A stretch of 56,707 bases of DNA from Patescibacteria group bacterium (GCA_035510695.1 DATKGO010000062.1:1-56707), one strand, 5' to 3'; positions 1 through 8,770 are shown, numbered from the stretch's first letter. A program made the numbers and translations. Notes: generated from the letters alone by a model not told the origin.

Positions 1-70
1 CGTCCTTGATCTGTCTTGCTAACGCGATCAGTTCTTTTCTTTCTTCGGGCAGTAAAGAAATTATTTTCAC
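1..70 (-). CDS. partial CDS running off the left edge (N-terminus only), function unknown
   Basis: GTG at 70-68 (minus strand) opens MKIISLLPEERKELIALARQIKD... with no stop before position 1. Too short to classify. Confidence 0.25.
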   Translation of the reverse strand, partial: MKIISLLPEERKELIALARQIKD

Positions 71-196
71 AGGATTATTAGTTTGTCCTGTTTTTTGGGA
101 AAAGTCAAATTTTAACCGAAAACTTATTTACGAAAAGTATATTACGTTATCAGCCAGACGCGAAAGACTTTTCATATTTGGTATATAATCAAATTA

Positions 197-664
197 ATGA
201 AGAAATGTGATCATAAAAGTGTGGGAATTTTGGTTTGGAAAAATGAAAAGCTGCTTTTGATTGAACGTGCCAGATTTCCCTTTGGTTTTGCTCCTCCCGC
301 AGGTCACGTGGATGCGGATACCACTTTTGAAAGTGCCGCAAAAAGAGAATTAGCTGAAGAGACAGGTTTGATAGCCACATCATTGCAAGTAGTTGCGATG
401 GGGAAGAAAGAAAATGTTTGTCGACGAACTGACGACAAATATCATGAATGGAAAATTTATTGTGTAGAAACAGAAGGTAGTTTGAAGACTGATCCGGCAG
501 AAGTTAAACAGGTAAATTGGCTTTCTTTAGCAGGGATAAGAGAATTGGCTGCTTTGACGAATCGGTATCTTAAAGGTGAGATATCCGAGACGGAATGGGA
601 GAAACGGCCGGGGATTGAACCTGTATGGTATGATTGGTTCAAAGAATTGGACATACTGAAATGA
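197..664 (+). CDS. NUDIX hydrolase
   Basis: Nudix box core RELAEETGL preceded by GHVDADTTFESAAK. Typical length of 155 aa. Confidence 0.85.
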   Translation: MKKCDHKSVGILVWKNEKLLLIERARFPFGFAPPAGHVDADTTFESAAKRELAEETGLIATSLQVVAMGKKENVCRRTDDKYHEWKIYCVETEGSLKTDPAEVKQVNWLSLAGIRELAALTNRYLKGEISETEWEKRPGIEPVWYDWFKELDILK

Positions 665-1104
665 AAAAGATAAAAATTATTACTCTTTGTGCAAGTCTCA
701 CGCATTACCGCCAGGTTTTGGACATCGAGAAACAATTAAAAAAATTGGGATATAAAGTTAAGTTGCCGCCTACGGCAAACGTCATGAAACGGACGAATAA
801 TTTTGATGTGTCAACGTATAAAACTTGGTATAAGAATAAAAATGATTATAAAAAGAAAACACAACTGATGAAGGCTCATTTTAAAAAAGTGTTGGCTGCG
901 GACGCGATTTTAGTAACCAATTTTGAGAAAAATAGTTTGCCCGGCTATATCGGTGGAAATGTTTTGATGGAGATGACAGCGGCGTTTATGAATAAGAAAA
1001 AGATTTTTATTTATAATCCCATTTCAGAAGATTTGGGAATAAAAGAAGAGGTCTACGGATTAAATCCCATTTTTATAGATGGAGATTTGGAAAAAATTAA
1101 GTAA
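661..1104 (+). CDS. nucleoside 2-deoxyribosyltransferase-like protein (tentative)
   Basis: ATG at 661 overlaps the NUDIX stop (ATGA coupling). The pattern ADAILVTNF...GYIGGNVLMEMTAAF...KKIFIY resembles the deoxyribosyltransferase-like fold; this is recalled from memory, not searched. Confidence 0.4.
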   Translation: MKKIKIITLCASLTHYRQVLDIEKQLKKLGYKVKLPPTANVMKRTNNFDVSTYKTWYKNKNDYKKKTQLMKAHFKKVLAADAILVTNFEKNSLPGYIGGNVLMEMTAAFMNKKKIFIYNPISEDLGIKEEVYGLNPIFIDGDLEKIK

Positions 1105-1111
1105 AGAGTAC

Positions 1112-1522
1112 GTCATTGCGAGGAGGGTTAAGAGCGTCAATGAGAGGAACAAAAAAGGTGTCATTCTGAGGCGTAGCCGAAGAATCTCTCGCGAATGCGA
1201 GAAAGATTTATGTCGTACTATGTTTATATTCTGACAAATAAATCTCACACACTATATGTTGGTGTTACTAATAATTTACCACGAAGACTTCAGGAGCACT
1301 CTCTTAAGTTAATGTCAAGCTTTACCAAAAGATACAAAATTGATAAGCTTATTTACTGTGAAATATTTGAAAACGTTTACGATGCAATAAGTGCTGAGAA
1401 AAAAATAAAAGGTTGGACAAGAAAGAAAAAAATAGAGTTAATAAAATCTATTAATCCGGAATTTAAGGAATTACAAATTATCTGAAACAAGTTCAGAGAT
1501 CCTTCACTGCGTTCAGGATGAC
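1112..1522 (+). mobile_element. GIY-YIG gene bracketed by inverted GTCAT-hairpin repeat units (candidate mobile or homing unit)
   Basis: The left unit is GTCATTCTGAGGCGTAGCCGAAGAATCTC (1160-1188), with a degenerate unit at 1112-1147. The right unit (1496-1522) reverse-complements to GTCATCCTGAACGCAGTGAAGGATCTC. Confidence 0.5.
1210..1485 (+). CDS. GIY-YIG nuclease family protein (UPF0213/YhbQ-like)
   Basis: MSYYVYILTNKSHTLYVGVTNNLPRRLQEH carries the GIY/YVG motifs. The size (91 aa) is typical. The start was moved to the ATG at 1210. Confidence 0.85.
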   Translation: MSYYVYILTNKSHTLYVGVTNNLPRRLQEHSLKLMSSFTKRYKIDKLIYCEIFENVYDAISAEKKIKGWTRKKKIELIKSINPEFKELQII

Positions 1523-1547
1523 ATTTTCTATTGGTTCAAGCTAGCTT

Positions 1548-2222
1548 TTAATGATTTTCAGGAGATTTCGAAGTGACGCTTGTGAGGTTTAAATACGCGG
1601 CCAGGGTGAGGTAATACAGCCAGTGCAGCATAAAAGTATAGACGACTCCATATTGGACGTTTAGAATAATTACCGGGAAAATAAAGCCGCCGAGAAAAGC
1701 CGCAGTAGTGGTTACTGCCCCAAAGAAAAAATCTCTTTTGAAAAGATATAAATGACTTAATCCGAAAATCAAAGCGAAAAGCAGCATGACTAGTTGATTT
1801 GAAAAGCCTAAGTCTTTTAGCATGGCGATGATTGAAATTGCGCCAACTTGCTGGGTTAAAATATTAAACGATTTAGTTACAATGTAGCGATAACTCATGG
1901 ATGCAAAATAGAATTTTTTTGCTTCATATTTTTGCAAAATATTTTGTTTTACGTGTTGTTTCATAAATTTGTAAAAAAGAAAAATGAAAAGGTAAAAGAA
2001 AAATAAAAATATAAACGCGATAGGGGAAAAGGTTAAAAAAAATTGCTTCAGATAAGGGGAATAGTATAAAAAGAAAATAATTGTAGAGAGAAGGAAAAGA
2101 ATCGAGGCTTTTTTATATTCACTAACATAATTTATTTTTTGACCTGAAAGTCTATTAAAGATTATGCCACCTGCGAAAAAGGCCAATATAAGATTTAATA
2201 GAGTAAGAGTAGTGTGCGGCAT
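1548..2222 (-). CDS. polytopic membrane protein, possibly a degenerate CPBP-type intramembrane protease homologue
   Basis: Multiple hydrophobic helices. FGLSHLYLF resembles CPBP motif 2, but the EExxxR motif is not seen (QQVGA in its place). Confidence 0.4.
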   Translation of the reverse strand: MPHTTLTLLNLILAFFAGGIIFNRLSGQKINYVSEYKKASILFLLSTIIFFLYYSPYLKQFFLTFSPIAFIFLFFFYLFIFLFYKFMKQHVKQNILQKYEAKKFYFASMSYRYIVTKSFNILTQQVGAISIIAMLKDLGFSNQLVMLLFALIFGLSHLYLFKRDFFFGAVTTTAAFLGGFIFPVIILNVQYGVVYTFMLHWLYYLTLAAYLNLTSVTSKSPENH

Positions 2223-2292
2223 AGCGCTAACGTTATTTTAACATAAGGAGTAAATTATTTGACAAACCTATAGACTGCTGTACTATAAGAGT

Positions 2293-2577
2293 ATGTCGCA
2301 TGTTTTTTATACTTCACGAAAGAGGCATATCTTCGATGAATTTATCTATCCGGTTTCATTGATAGCCCCAATTATGACAATTCCACAGCTTTTAAGTATT
2401 TGGTTGCAAAAATCTACGCAAGGAATTTCAATATTGACTTGGTCGGCTTATGCTTTAGTATCTTTGTTATGGATTATCTATGGGGTAATTCATAAAGAGA
2501 AGCCGATTATCGTTAGTAATTTTTTACTTTTCATTTTAGATACATCAATTGTAATCGGAGTTTTATTGTATTCTTGA
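2293..2577 (+). CDS. SemiSWEET / PQ-loop family transporter
   Basis: 94 aa with three predicted TM helices. PQ motif (IPQLLSIWLQKSTQGIS) followed by WIIYG. Confidence 0.7.
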   Translation: MSHVFYTSRKRHIFDEFIYPVSLIAPIMTIPQLLSIWLQKSTQGISILTWSAYALVSLLWIIYGVIHKEKPIIVSNFLLFILDTSIVIGVLLYS

Positions 2578-2600
2578 GATTGTTTATTTTCAGGTTAGTT

Positions 2601-2609
2601 TGTTATAAT
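2601..2609 (+). promoter_or_regulatory. extended -10 promoter (TGtTATAAT) 7 nt upstream of ATG 2617
   Basis: TGTTATAATCCTCAGT-ATG with no Shine-Dalgarno. The same TATAATCCTCAGTA string recurs at 6730. Confidence 0.55.
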
Positions 2610-2616
2610 CCTCAGT

Positions 2617-3261
2617 ATGCCAAATTTTGTTCAAGCAAAATTAATTTCATTCTTCAGTCAATACCAAAAACAGACATTTAATAAAGCAGAGATTCTTATT
2701 TATCCCCGTACTGTTCCACAGGGAGTTTTTTATTTGCGAAAAGGCGAAGTGAGAATGTACGCGATCAACAAAAACGGCAATGAATTGACCATAAATATTT
2801 TTAAACCTCATTCTTTTTTCCCCATGAATTGGGTAGTAAATGATTTCAGGGATGATTACATTTATGAAGCGACTGTTGACGCAGAAGTTTTTATCGGCCC
2901 GAAAGACAAATTTTTGGCTTTTCTTCATCAGGAACCCGACATTATCTTTGATTTACTACAAAGAATTTACAAAGGATTAGGCGGTTACTTTTTGCGCATG
3001 GAATCGTTACTTACCGGGGACGCGTATTTTAAGACGGTTGTGGCAATTTGCATTTATGCAAGAAGATTTGGTGTAAAAAATGAAGATGCAAGCGGCTTTA
3101 CAGTTGATGTCACCCAAAAACAGTTGGCAGCTCTTGCCGGTTTGACCCGGGAGACAGTGACGCGGGAAATCAAAAAAATCGCAGATAAAAAATTGGTGGC
3201 TTATCAAGGCAAAACTTTGATAGTTTTGGATATAAATAGGTTGGAGAAAGAGATACTTTGA
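2617..3261 (+). CDS. Crp/Fnr family transcriptional regulator
   Basis: N-terminal cNMP-binding-like beta-roll (GVFYLRKGEVRMY). C-terminal HTH (TQKQLAALAGLTRETVTREIKKI). Confidence 0.8.
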   Translation: MPNFVQAKLISFFSQYQKQTFNKAEILIYPRTVPQGVFYLRKGEVRMYAINKNGNELTINIFKPHSFFPMNWVVNDFRDDYIYEATVDAEVFIGPKDKFLAFLHQEPDIIFDLLQRIYKGLGGYFLRMESLLTGDAYFKTVVAICIYARRFGVKNEDASGFTVDVTQKQLAALAGLTRETVTREIKKIADKKLVAYQGKTLIVLDINRLEKEIL

Positions 3262-3296
3262 TTTAAGATTTATGATTTAAGAATAAAGATAAAAAT

Positions 3297-3363
3297 GTCA
3301 TTCCCGCGAAAGCGGGAATCCAGTTAACAAAAAATGGATCCCTGGTTTGCGTCCAGGGATGAC
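3297..3363. repeat. GTCAT-hairpin doublet (REPIN/MITE-like)
   Basis: GTCATTCCCGCGAAAGCGGGAATCC, a 14-nt spacer, then GGATCCCTGGTTTGCGTCCAGGGATGAC. Each unit is a perfect 8-bp hairpin and the two units are in inverted orientation. Confidence 0.85.
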
Positions 3364-3441
3364 AAAAACGTTTAAAAATTGTAAAATAATTTAGCATTTC
3401 CTCTTTACAACACTCCGGTAATGTACTAATCTATAACACAT

Positions 3442-4650
3442 ATGAATGTCTCCTCGATTCGTCAGGATTTCCCGCTTCTTAGAAAAGATAAACCGGTTGT
3501 GTATTTTGATTCCGCATGTCAGAGTTTGCGTCCGCAACAGGTGATTGATGCTTTGGTTGAATACTACTCAGAATATCCGGCTTGCGGCGGCAGAAGCACA
3601 CATCGTTTGGCCGATCGGGTAACTAAAGAAGTTGAGAAAGCCCGGGAAACTGTCAGGAAATTTATTAAAGCAGCGAAAAAAGAGGAGATAGTTTTTACCC
3701 GCAATACCACGGAAGGAATTAACTTAATTGCTCATTCATTAGGCCTGCAAAAAGGCGACGTAGTTATCTCATCCGACAAGGAACATAATTCCGATTTAAT
3801 TCCCTGGCAAGTTTTGGTTGAGCAAGTGGGAATTGAGCATATTATTGTTCCATCTCGGGAAAATAACACTTTTGATTTGGCGGCTTTTGAACACATTTTA
3901 CAGAAGCAAAAATCGGTGAAATTAGTCGCGATGTGTTTTACTTCCAATTTGGATAGTAACACAATTCCGGCCGCGGAAATTATTAAACTTTCACATAAAA
4001 AAGGAGCCTTGGTTTTGTTGGACGGCGCAGTAACCATTGCTCATCAGCCGATTGATGTGCGAAAGTTGGATGTCGATTTTCTGGTTTTCTCAGGACATAA
4101 AATCTGCGGGCCGTCAGGAATAGGAGTTTTGTACGGTAAACAAAAATTGCTGGAGAAATTATCACCTTTTATGGTTGGCGGAGATACGGTGGCTTGGTCG
4201 ACCTATACTACACATGAATTTTTGCCGGTTCCGGAGAAATTTGAAGCCGGGCTGCAGGATTATGCCGGAATTATCGGTTTAGGTAAAGCATTAGAATATG
4301 TTGAAAAGATCGGTCTGGATAATATTGCTAAACATGAAAAAGAATTGACTGTATATATGGCAGAGTTATTGGGGCAAATTCCCAATATGCACATTATCGG
4401 GCCGGATGCTAAAGAGCGTGGGAGCATTACTTCATTTTATATTCCGGGAATTGATTCTCATCAAATTGCCTTAATGCTGTCCGAGTCGGCAAATATTATG
4501 GTGCGTTCCGGTCAGCATTGTGTACATTCTTGGTTTGCGAAAAGAAATATAAAAGGGTCGGTACGAATTTCTCTGTCTTTTTATAATACGAAAGAAGAGA
4601 TAGAATACTTTGGCAAACAATTGAAAAAAGTTGTATCTGTTTTGGGTTGA
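3442..4650 (+). CDS. sufS: cysteine desulfurase, class V aminotransferase (SufS/CsdA-like)
   Basis: PLP-lysine context SGHKICGPSG and catalytic Cys context RSGQHCVH. Length 402 aa. Confidence 0.85.
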   Translation: MNVSSIRQDFPLLRKDKPVVYFDSACQSLRPQQVIDALVEYYSEYPACGGRSTHRLADRVTKEVEKARETVRKFIKAAKKEEIVFTRNTTEGINLIAHSLGLQKGDVVISSDKEHNSDLIPWQVLVEQVGIEHIIVPSRENNTFDLAAFEHILQKQKSVKLVAMCFTSNLDSNTIPAAEIIKLSHKKGALVLLDGAVTIAHQPIDVRKLDVDFLVFSGHKICGPSGIGVLYGKQKLLEKLSPFMVGGDTVAWSTYTTHEFLPVPEKFEAGLQDYAGIIGLGKALEYVEKIGLDNIAKHEKELTVYMAELLGQIPNMHIIGPDAKERGSITSFYIPGIDSHQIALMLSESANIMVRSGQHCVHSWFAKRNIKGSVRISLSFYNTKEEIEYFGKQLKKVVSVLG

Positions 4651-4671
4651 AAATATTGTCAATTTCGTCTT

Positions 4672-5610
4672 ATGTTTTGTTTTTTAGCACTTATTGTTTT
4701 TGCGATAATGGGAATTTTCAGCGCTTCAAATCGCGAGTTGGCGAAGGAGGCTTTAGCTTGTGTTTTTACGCGCGTAACTTTCCGTCCTTGCAGGACAAAT
4801 TTCAAGGATAAAACCAAAGCCATGCTGTTGGGTAAATTAGTAACGCGATCGGCTGTGGTAGCCAAATTTGTCAATAAAAATTTTGAATTATTATCTTGGG
4901 CATTTTTTATTTTATCGGTCGTTAGTACGATTTGGGTAGCCAAGGGAGTCTATGATTATTATCTTTATGGTAACTGCAATGGTTTGAATTCATCCGGTTT
5001 TTGCGTTTTTGATCCGAAAGGTCTAAATAGCAGTGTTTCCTCTCTGAATGAAAAATGTTATGTAAAACCGCCGACCGAAGCAAACGTTACCTTGAAAAAC
5101 AGTAATTTTTCATCTTTCCCAGTGAAAAATCCGCAAGCCAAGAAGAAAATCATTTTCATCGGCTGCTATTTATGTGATTACACCAGGGCTGCTTATCCGC
5201 AAATTAAACAATTATTAAAGCAAAATCCCGATGTTAGTTTTACCTTCGCGCATTTCCCGGTAAAAGCCGGCAGCTCATATTTGTCCAATTACGATTACTG
5301 CACCTACAAAGAAGACCCGAAGAAGTTCTGGAACTTTAACGATTTATTGTTTAGTTCAAGTAAAGCAGATTTATATGATAATCCAAGCTATGCGGATAAA
5401 GAGGCAGTGAAGGCGGGGTATAATTTGGATCAGCTGCATGCCTGTATTAATTCTGCTGCAACCAAAACAGCGGTTGAGGCGCAGCAAAATGAAATTATAA
5501 AAACCGGAATTTATGGAACCCCGACTATTTTTATTGATGGTACTCCATACATCGGTCCGAAACCGTACCGTGTCTACGAACATGGTCTTAAACCCTGGTT
5601 CTTGTTCTAA
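4672..5610 (+). CDS. membrane-anchored DsbA-like thioredoxin-fold oxidoreductase
   Basis: N-terminal TM segments with paired cysteines. C-terminal thioredoxin fold with CxxC (CYLC) and GTPTIFIDG. Confidence 0.6.
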   Translation: MFCFLALIVFAIMGIFSASNRELAKEALACVFTRVTFRPCRTNFKDKTKAMLLGKLVTRSAVVAKFVNKNFELLSWAFFILSVVSTIWVAKGVYDYYLYGNCNGLNSSGFCVFDPKGLNSSVSSLNEKCYVKPPTEANVTLKNSNFSSFPVKNPQAKKKIIFIGCYLCDYTRAAYPQIKQLLKQNPDVSFTFAHFPVKAGSSYLSNYDYCTYKEDPKKFWNFNDLLFSSSKADLYDNPSYADKEAVKAGYNLDQLHACINSAATKTAVEAQQNEIIKTGIYGTPTIFIDGTPYIGPKPYRVYEHGLKPWFLF

Positions 5611-5645
5611 ATTTACCTTCTTGTTTATGCTAGAATTAAGCGGAT

Positions 5646-6269
5646 ATGCAGTTTCCTACATTAGCTTTTTTTGATCACTTGGAAGATTTAATTGTTGCTT
5701 TTTTAGCCAATCAGATTTTCCTCGCGCCAATTTTACTACTTTTTATTGAAGAAGCCGGAATACCTTTGCCAACTTCGGATTTTGTCATTGCTTACACCGG
5801 TTATGAAGTCGCCAGAGGACGCATTTCTTTTGCAATCGCATTTTTGATTTTGTTAATCGCCGATTTGGCAGGCGCGTCAATTCTTTATTATCTTTGTTCG
5901 CATTACGGAGCGTCTGTGATCCATAAATTTGGCAAATATATTGATTTGGATGAGGAAAAATTAACCACAGTTGAAAAACAATTTCGTAAATACGGCGTAT
6001 GGGCGATTATTTTTGGCCGGCATATTACGGGTTTCAGACTTCCGATTACAATTTTTGCCGGGATATCGGAAATTACTTATCCCACATTTATCATCAGTAC
6101 GTTTATCTCGGTTGTAATCTGGATAACATTTTATTTAATAATCGGGGAAAGATTAGGTCCGAAGACAGTCCAACTCGTGCATGCAAATCTTTGGTATTTG
6201 GTATTGTTAATTCTGCCGATCATTATTTCCATAACTCCGTTTTTGCTGTTACGGAAAAAGAGAAAGTAA
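5646..6269 (+). CDS. DedA/VTT-domain membrane protein
   Basis: LLLFIEEAGIPLPTSDFV and FGRHITGFRLPITIFAGIS are typical DedA motifs. Confidence 0.75.
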   Translation: MQFPTLAFFDHLEDLIVAFLANQIFLAPILLLFIEEAGIPLPTSDFVIAYTGYEVARGRISFAIAFLILLIADLAGASILYYLCSHYGASVIHKFGKYIDLDEEKLTTVEKQFRKYGVWAIIFGRHITGFRLPITIFAGISEITYPTFIISTFISVVIWITFYLIIGERLGPKTVQLVHANLWYLVLLILPIIISITPFLLLRKKRK

Positions 6270-6345
6270 CAATTCTCGTTTCTTACTACAGATGTCTTAC
6301 ACAATTATATATTTTTTTATTACAAAACTTTTGTAAAGTAAATTT

Positions 6346-6723
6346 ATGCTAAATTTTAATTCAATCTTACTCTCTTCTGAAAATCCTAAAGACCTTGTTG
6401 AGTTTTACAAAAAAGTGTTAGAAAAAGATCCGGAATGGGATATGGGTGGTTATTCTGCTTTTCAAGCCGGAGACGCGTTATTAATCATTGGTCCTCATGA
6501 TAAAATCCATGGCAAATCTACTCAGCCCGAACGGATAATAATTAATTTTGTAACCGAAGATATAGAAAAGGATTTTGATCGGATAAAGGGACTGGGTGCG
6601 AAGGAGATAGCCGCGCCTTATCAAATGGGAGAAAATGCGGATATGCAAATTGCCACTCTTTCCGATCCGGATGGAAATTATTTCCAACTAACAACTCCGA
6701 TGGAAGAAATGGAAGCCAATTAA
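6346..6723 (+). CDS. VOC (glyoxalase/bleomycin-resistance) family protein
   Basis: 125 aa. The ending LSDPDGNYFQL is typical of the VOC fold. Confidence 0.7.
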   Translation: MLNFNSILLSSENPKDLVEFYKKVLEKDPEWDMGGYSAFQAGDALLIIGPHDKIHGKSTQPERIIINFVTEDIEKDFDRIKGLGAKEIAAPYQMGENADMQIATLSDPDGNYFQLTTPMEEMEAN

Positions 6724-6726
6724 ATC

Positions 6727-6735
6727 TGCTATAAT
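6727..6735 (+). promoter_or_regulatory. extended -10 promoter (TGcTATAAT) 8 nt upstream of ATG 6744
   Basis: TGCTATAATCCTCAGTA-ATG with no SD. Confidence 0.55.
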
Positions 6736-6743
6736 CCTCAGTA

Positions 6744-7787
6744 ATGAGTAGATTTCTCCTGATTCTTTCCATGCTTTTATCCATTGTCGTGGTGGTGGAA
6801 TCGGTTTACATTTACCATTATCCGCCGACTTTTTTGAAAAGCGTTATAAAAACACCACCAACTCCCAAACCTTTACTTGCCTATGCTTTTAGTAATCTAC
6901 AAAAGACCAAAATTCCAACATCAAATATTACACTTGGTTCTGTGGTTGATGATCAAACAAACTATCGTTCTCAAATATTTTATTATTCCACACCGGAAAA
7001 GCCAAACAGTACAAAGATGCTCAAAGTCAGCGGCTTGATGAATTTGCCGCAAACTCCGGGGAAATATCCGGTAATCGTGATGTTTCGCGGATTTGTGCCG
7101 GATAATATTTATAAACCCGGAGTCGGAACAGAACCGGTAGCGCAGGTGTTAGCGCAGCACGGTTATATTACTTTGGCTCCTGATTTTTTGGGTTACGGGC
7201 AGTCGGCAAGCGCATCGGCAGAAGCATTTGAAAACCGTTTCCAAACATATACTACTGCTTTATCAATGTTGTCTTCGTTAGCTACTTTGAATACCGGTTT
7301 GGCAACTGATTATTCCGGGACAATCAGCGCTGATATGACGAAAATCGGAATTTGGGGACACAGTAACGGCGGACACATCGCCTTATCTACTTTAGCCATC
7401 AGCGGTGTAACTTATCCTACGGTTTTGTGGGCACCGGTTTCAACGTCATTTCCTTATGATATTTTAGCTTATACCGACGAGTCCGACGATCAGGGAAAAT
7501 CTCTACGTAAAATTCTTGCCCAATTTGAAACGCTTTATAATACCGATGATTTTTCTCCTACTAATTTTTATTCCTGGATTAAAGCGCCGATGGAAATAGA
7601 TCAGGGGACAGCGGATGAGGAAGTTCCGTATTGGTGGTCGGATAATTTGGTGCAAACGTTAAAGAAAGATAAAATTGATGTTACGTATAACACGTATGCT
7701 GGAGCAGATCATAATATGCTTCCTTCCGGCTGGTCAAGCGCGGTGACAAATGATATTTCATTCTATAATAAACAATTTTCAAAATAA
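6744..7787 (+). CDS. secreted or anchored alpha/beta hydrolase (S9/dienelactone-hydrolase-like)
   Basis: N-terminal TM or signal segment. Nucleophile elbow GHSNGG. Late D and H residues (GTADEEV, ADHNM). Confidence 0.7.
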   Translation: MSRFLLILSMLLSIVVVVESVYIYHYPPTFLKSVIKTPPTPKPLLAYAFSNLQKTKIPTSNITLGSVVDDQTNYRSQIFYYSTPEKPNSTKMLKVSGLMNLPQTPGKYPVIVMFRGFVPDNIYKPGVGTEPVAQVLAQHGYITLAPDFLGYGQSASASAEAFENRFQTYTTALSMLSSLATLNTGLATDYSGTISADMTKIGIWGHSNGGHIALSTLAISGVTYPTVLWAPVSTSFPYDILAYTDESDDQGKSLRKILAQFETLYNTDDFSPTNFYSWIKAPMEIDQGTADEEVPYWWSDNLVQTLKKDKIDVTYNTYAGADHNMLPSGWSSAVTNDISFYNKQFSK

Positions 7788-7811
7788 TACTCAAGTGATA
7801 TACTTTTAAGT

Positions 7812-8138
7812 ATGAATAAAAGGCTCAAATTCTCTAATAGTTTAGTGTCGTTAGTGTTGTCTGGAGTTAAGGTGTCTACTTGGAGATTGTGGGATGATAA
7901 AAATTTGTTAACTGGGGATGTCATAGATTTTATTGAACATGGGACAAACAAACATTTTGCAACAGCGAAACTTTTAAAGGTAATAGAAAAGCCAATGGGG
8001 CAATTCACTAATGAAGATAAAGAAGGTCATGAGAAGTTTAATAATGATAATGAAATGTACGAAACATATACACGTTATTATGGGAAAAAGGTTAATTCAG
8101 AAACACCAGTAAAAATAATTTGGTTTAAGTTGGTATAG
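7812..8138 (+). CDS. ASCH domain protein
   Basis: 108 aa. LSGVKVSTWRLWDDK near the N-terminus matches the ASCH pattern as recalled. Confidence 0.55.
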   Translation: MNKRLKFSNSLVSLVLSGVKVSTWRLWDDKNLLTGDVIDFIEHGTNKHFATAKLLKVIEKPMGQFTNEDKEGHEKFNNDNEMYETYTRYYGKKVNSETPVKIIWFKLV

Positions 8139-8158
8139 GAATTTGTTTATACAGGAAC

Positions 8159-8187
8159 TTGACTTTACGTACATAATTCTGTAATAT
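8159..8187 (+). promoter_or_regulatory. sigma70-type promoter TTGACT-17-TAATAT, 6 nt upstream of ATG 8194
   Basis: -35 at 8159-8164 and -10 at 8182-8187. The spacer contains TACGTAC. Confidence 0.65.
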
Positions 8188-8193
8188 TTAATC

Positions 8194-8466
8194 ATGACAC
8201 ATACATTACCTATTACAAAAGCAAGAGAAGATTTAACTACTTTAGTTAATAATGCAAATAAAAAATTAGAGGAGTATATTATTACTGTAAACGGTACTCC
8301 TGCTGCTGTTCTTATATCGGCAGCTGAGTATGATTCCTGGAAGGAAACGAATGAGATTATGAGTAATCCGTCACTTCTTAAAGCAATTAGACAAGGTGAA
8401 AAGGAAATAGATGCCGGAAAAGGACTTCCTTGGGAAAAAGTTAAAAAAGAACTTGATTTAGACTAA
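8194..8466 (+). CDS. type II antitoxin, Phd/YefM family
   Basis: MTHTLPITKAREDLTTLVNNA...ITVNGTPAAVLISAAEYDSWKET. Lies immediately upstream of a RelE-like ORF. Confidence 0.85.
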   Translation: MTHTLPITKAREDLTTLVNNANKKLEEYIITVNGTPAAVLISAAEYDSWKETNEIMSNPSLLKAIRQGEKEIDAGKGLPWEKVKKELDLD

Positions 8467-8467
8467 A

Positions 8468-8719
8468 ATGTACCACATTGTTATTTCTCCACAAGCTAAA
8501 AAAGAACTAAAAAGTATAATAAAAATCTATAGAAAAGGTGTCTCGGAAGCAATTGAATCCTTGAAAGATGATCCGTGGCTTGGTAAACCATTAACGCGTG
8601 AACTAACCGGAAGATTTTCTTATAGAATTGGCGTGTATAGAATAATTTACAAAATAAAAGAAAAAGAAAAGATAGTATATATTTTCTCAGCAGGACACAG
8701 GGCAACAATTTACGGTTAA
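8468..8719 (+). CDS. type II toxin, RelE/ParE family
   Basis: 83 aa. LTGRFSYRIGVYRIIYKI...IVYIFSAGHR. One-nt gap after the antitoxin. Confidence 0.85.
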   Translation: MYHIVISPQAKKELKSIIKIYRKGVSEAIESLKDDPWLGKPLTRELTGRFSYRIGVYRIIYKIKEKEKIVYIFSAGHRATIYG

Positions 8720-8770
8720 TGATCCCGAATAAGTCGTGATAGATTTCATAAAATAGTGTATAATATAGTT

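Noticed and set aside
6-188. 60-aa plus-strand ORF at the left edge
   Set aside because: It has no motif or promoter context. It is antisense to a plausible minus-strand gene start (GTG at 70) and lies in what looks like the divergent promoter region of the NUDIX gene.
1060-1248. 62-aa minus-strand ORF across the GIY-YIG left flank
   Set aside because: It is a translation of the repeat units (RLRLRMTPF...) and overlaps the 5' end of the GIY-YIG gene. It has no independent support.
5999-6352. 117-aa plus-strand ORF overlapping the DedA 3' half
   Set aside because: It is an alternative frame of a gene with clear DedA motifs and has no motif or start signal of its own.
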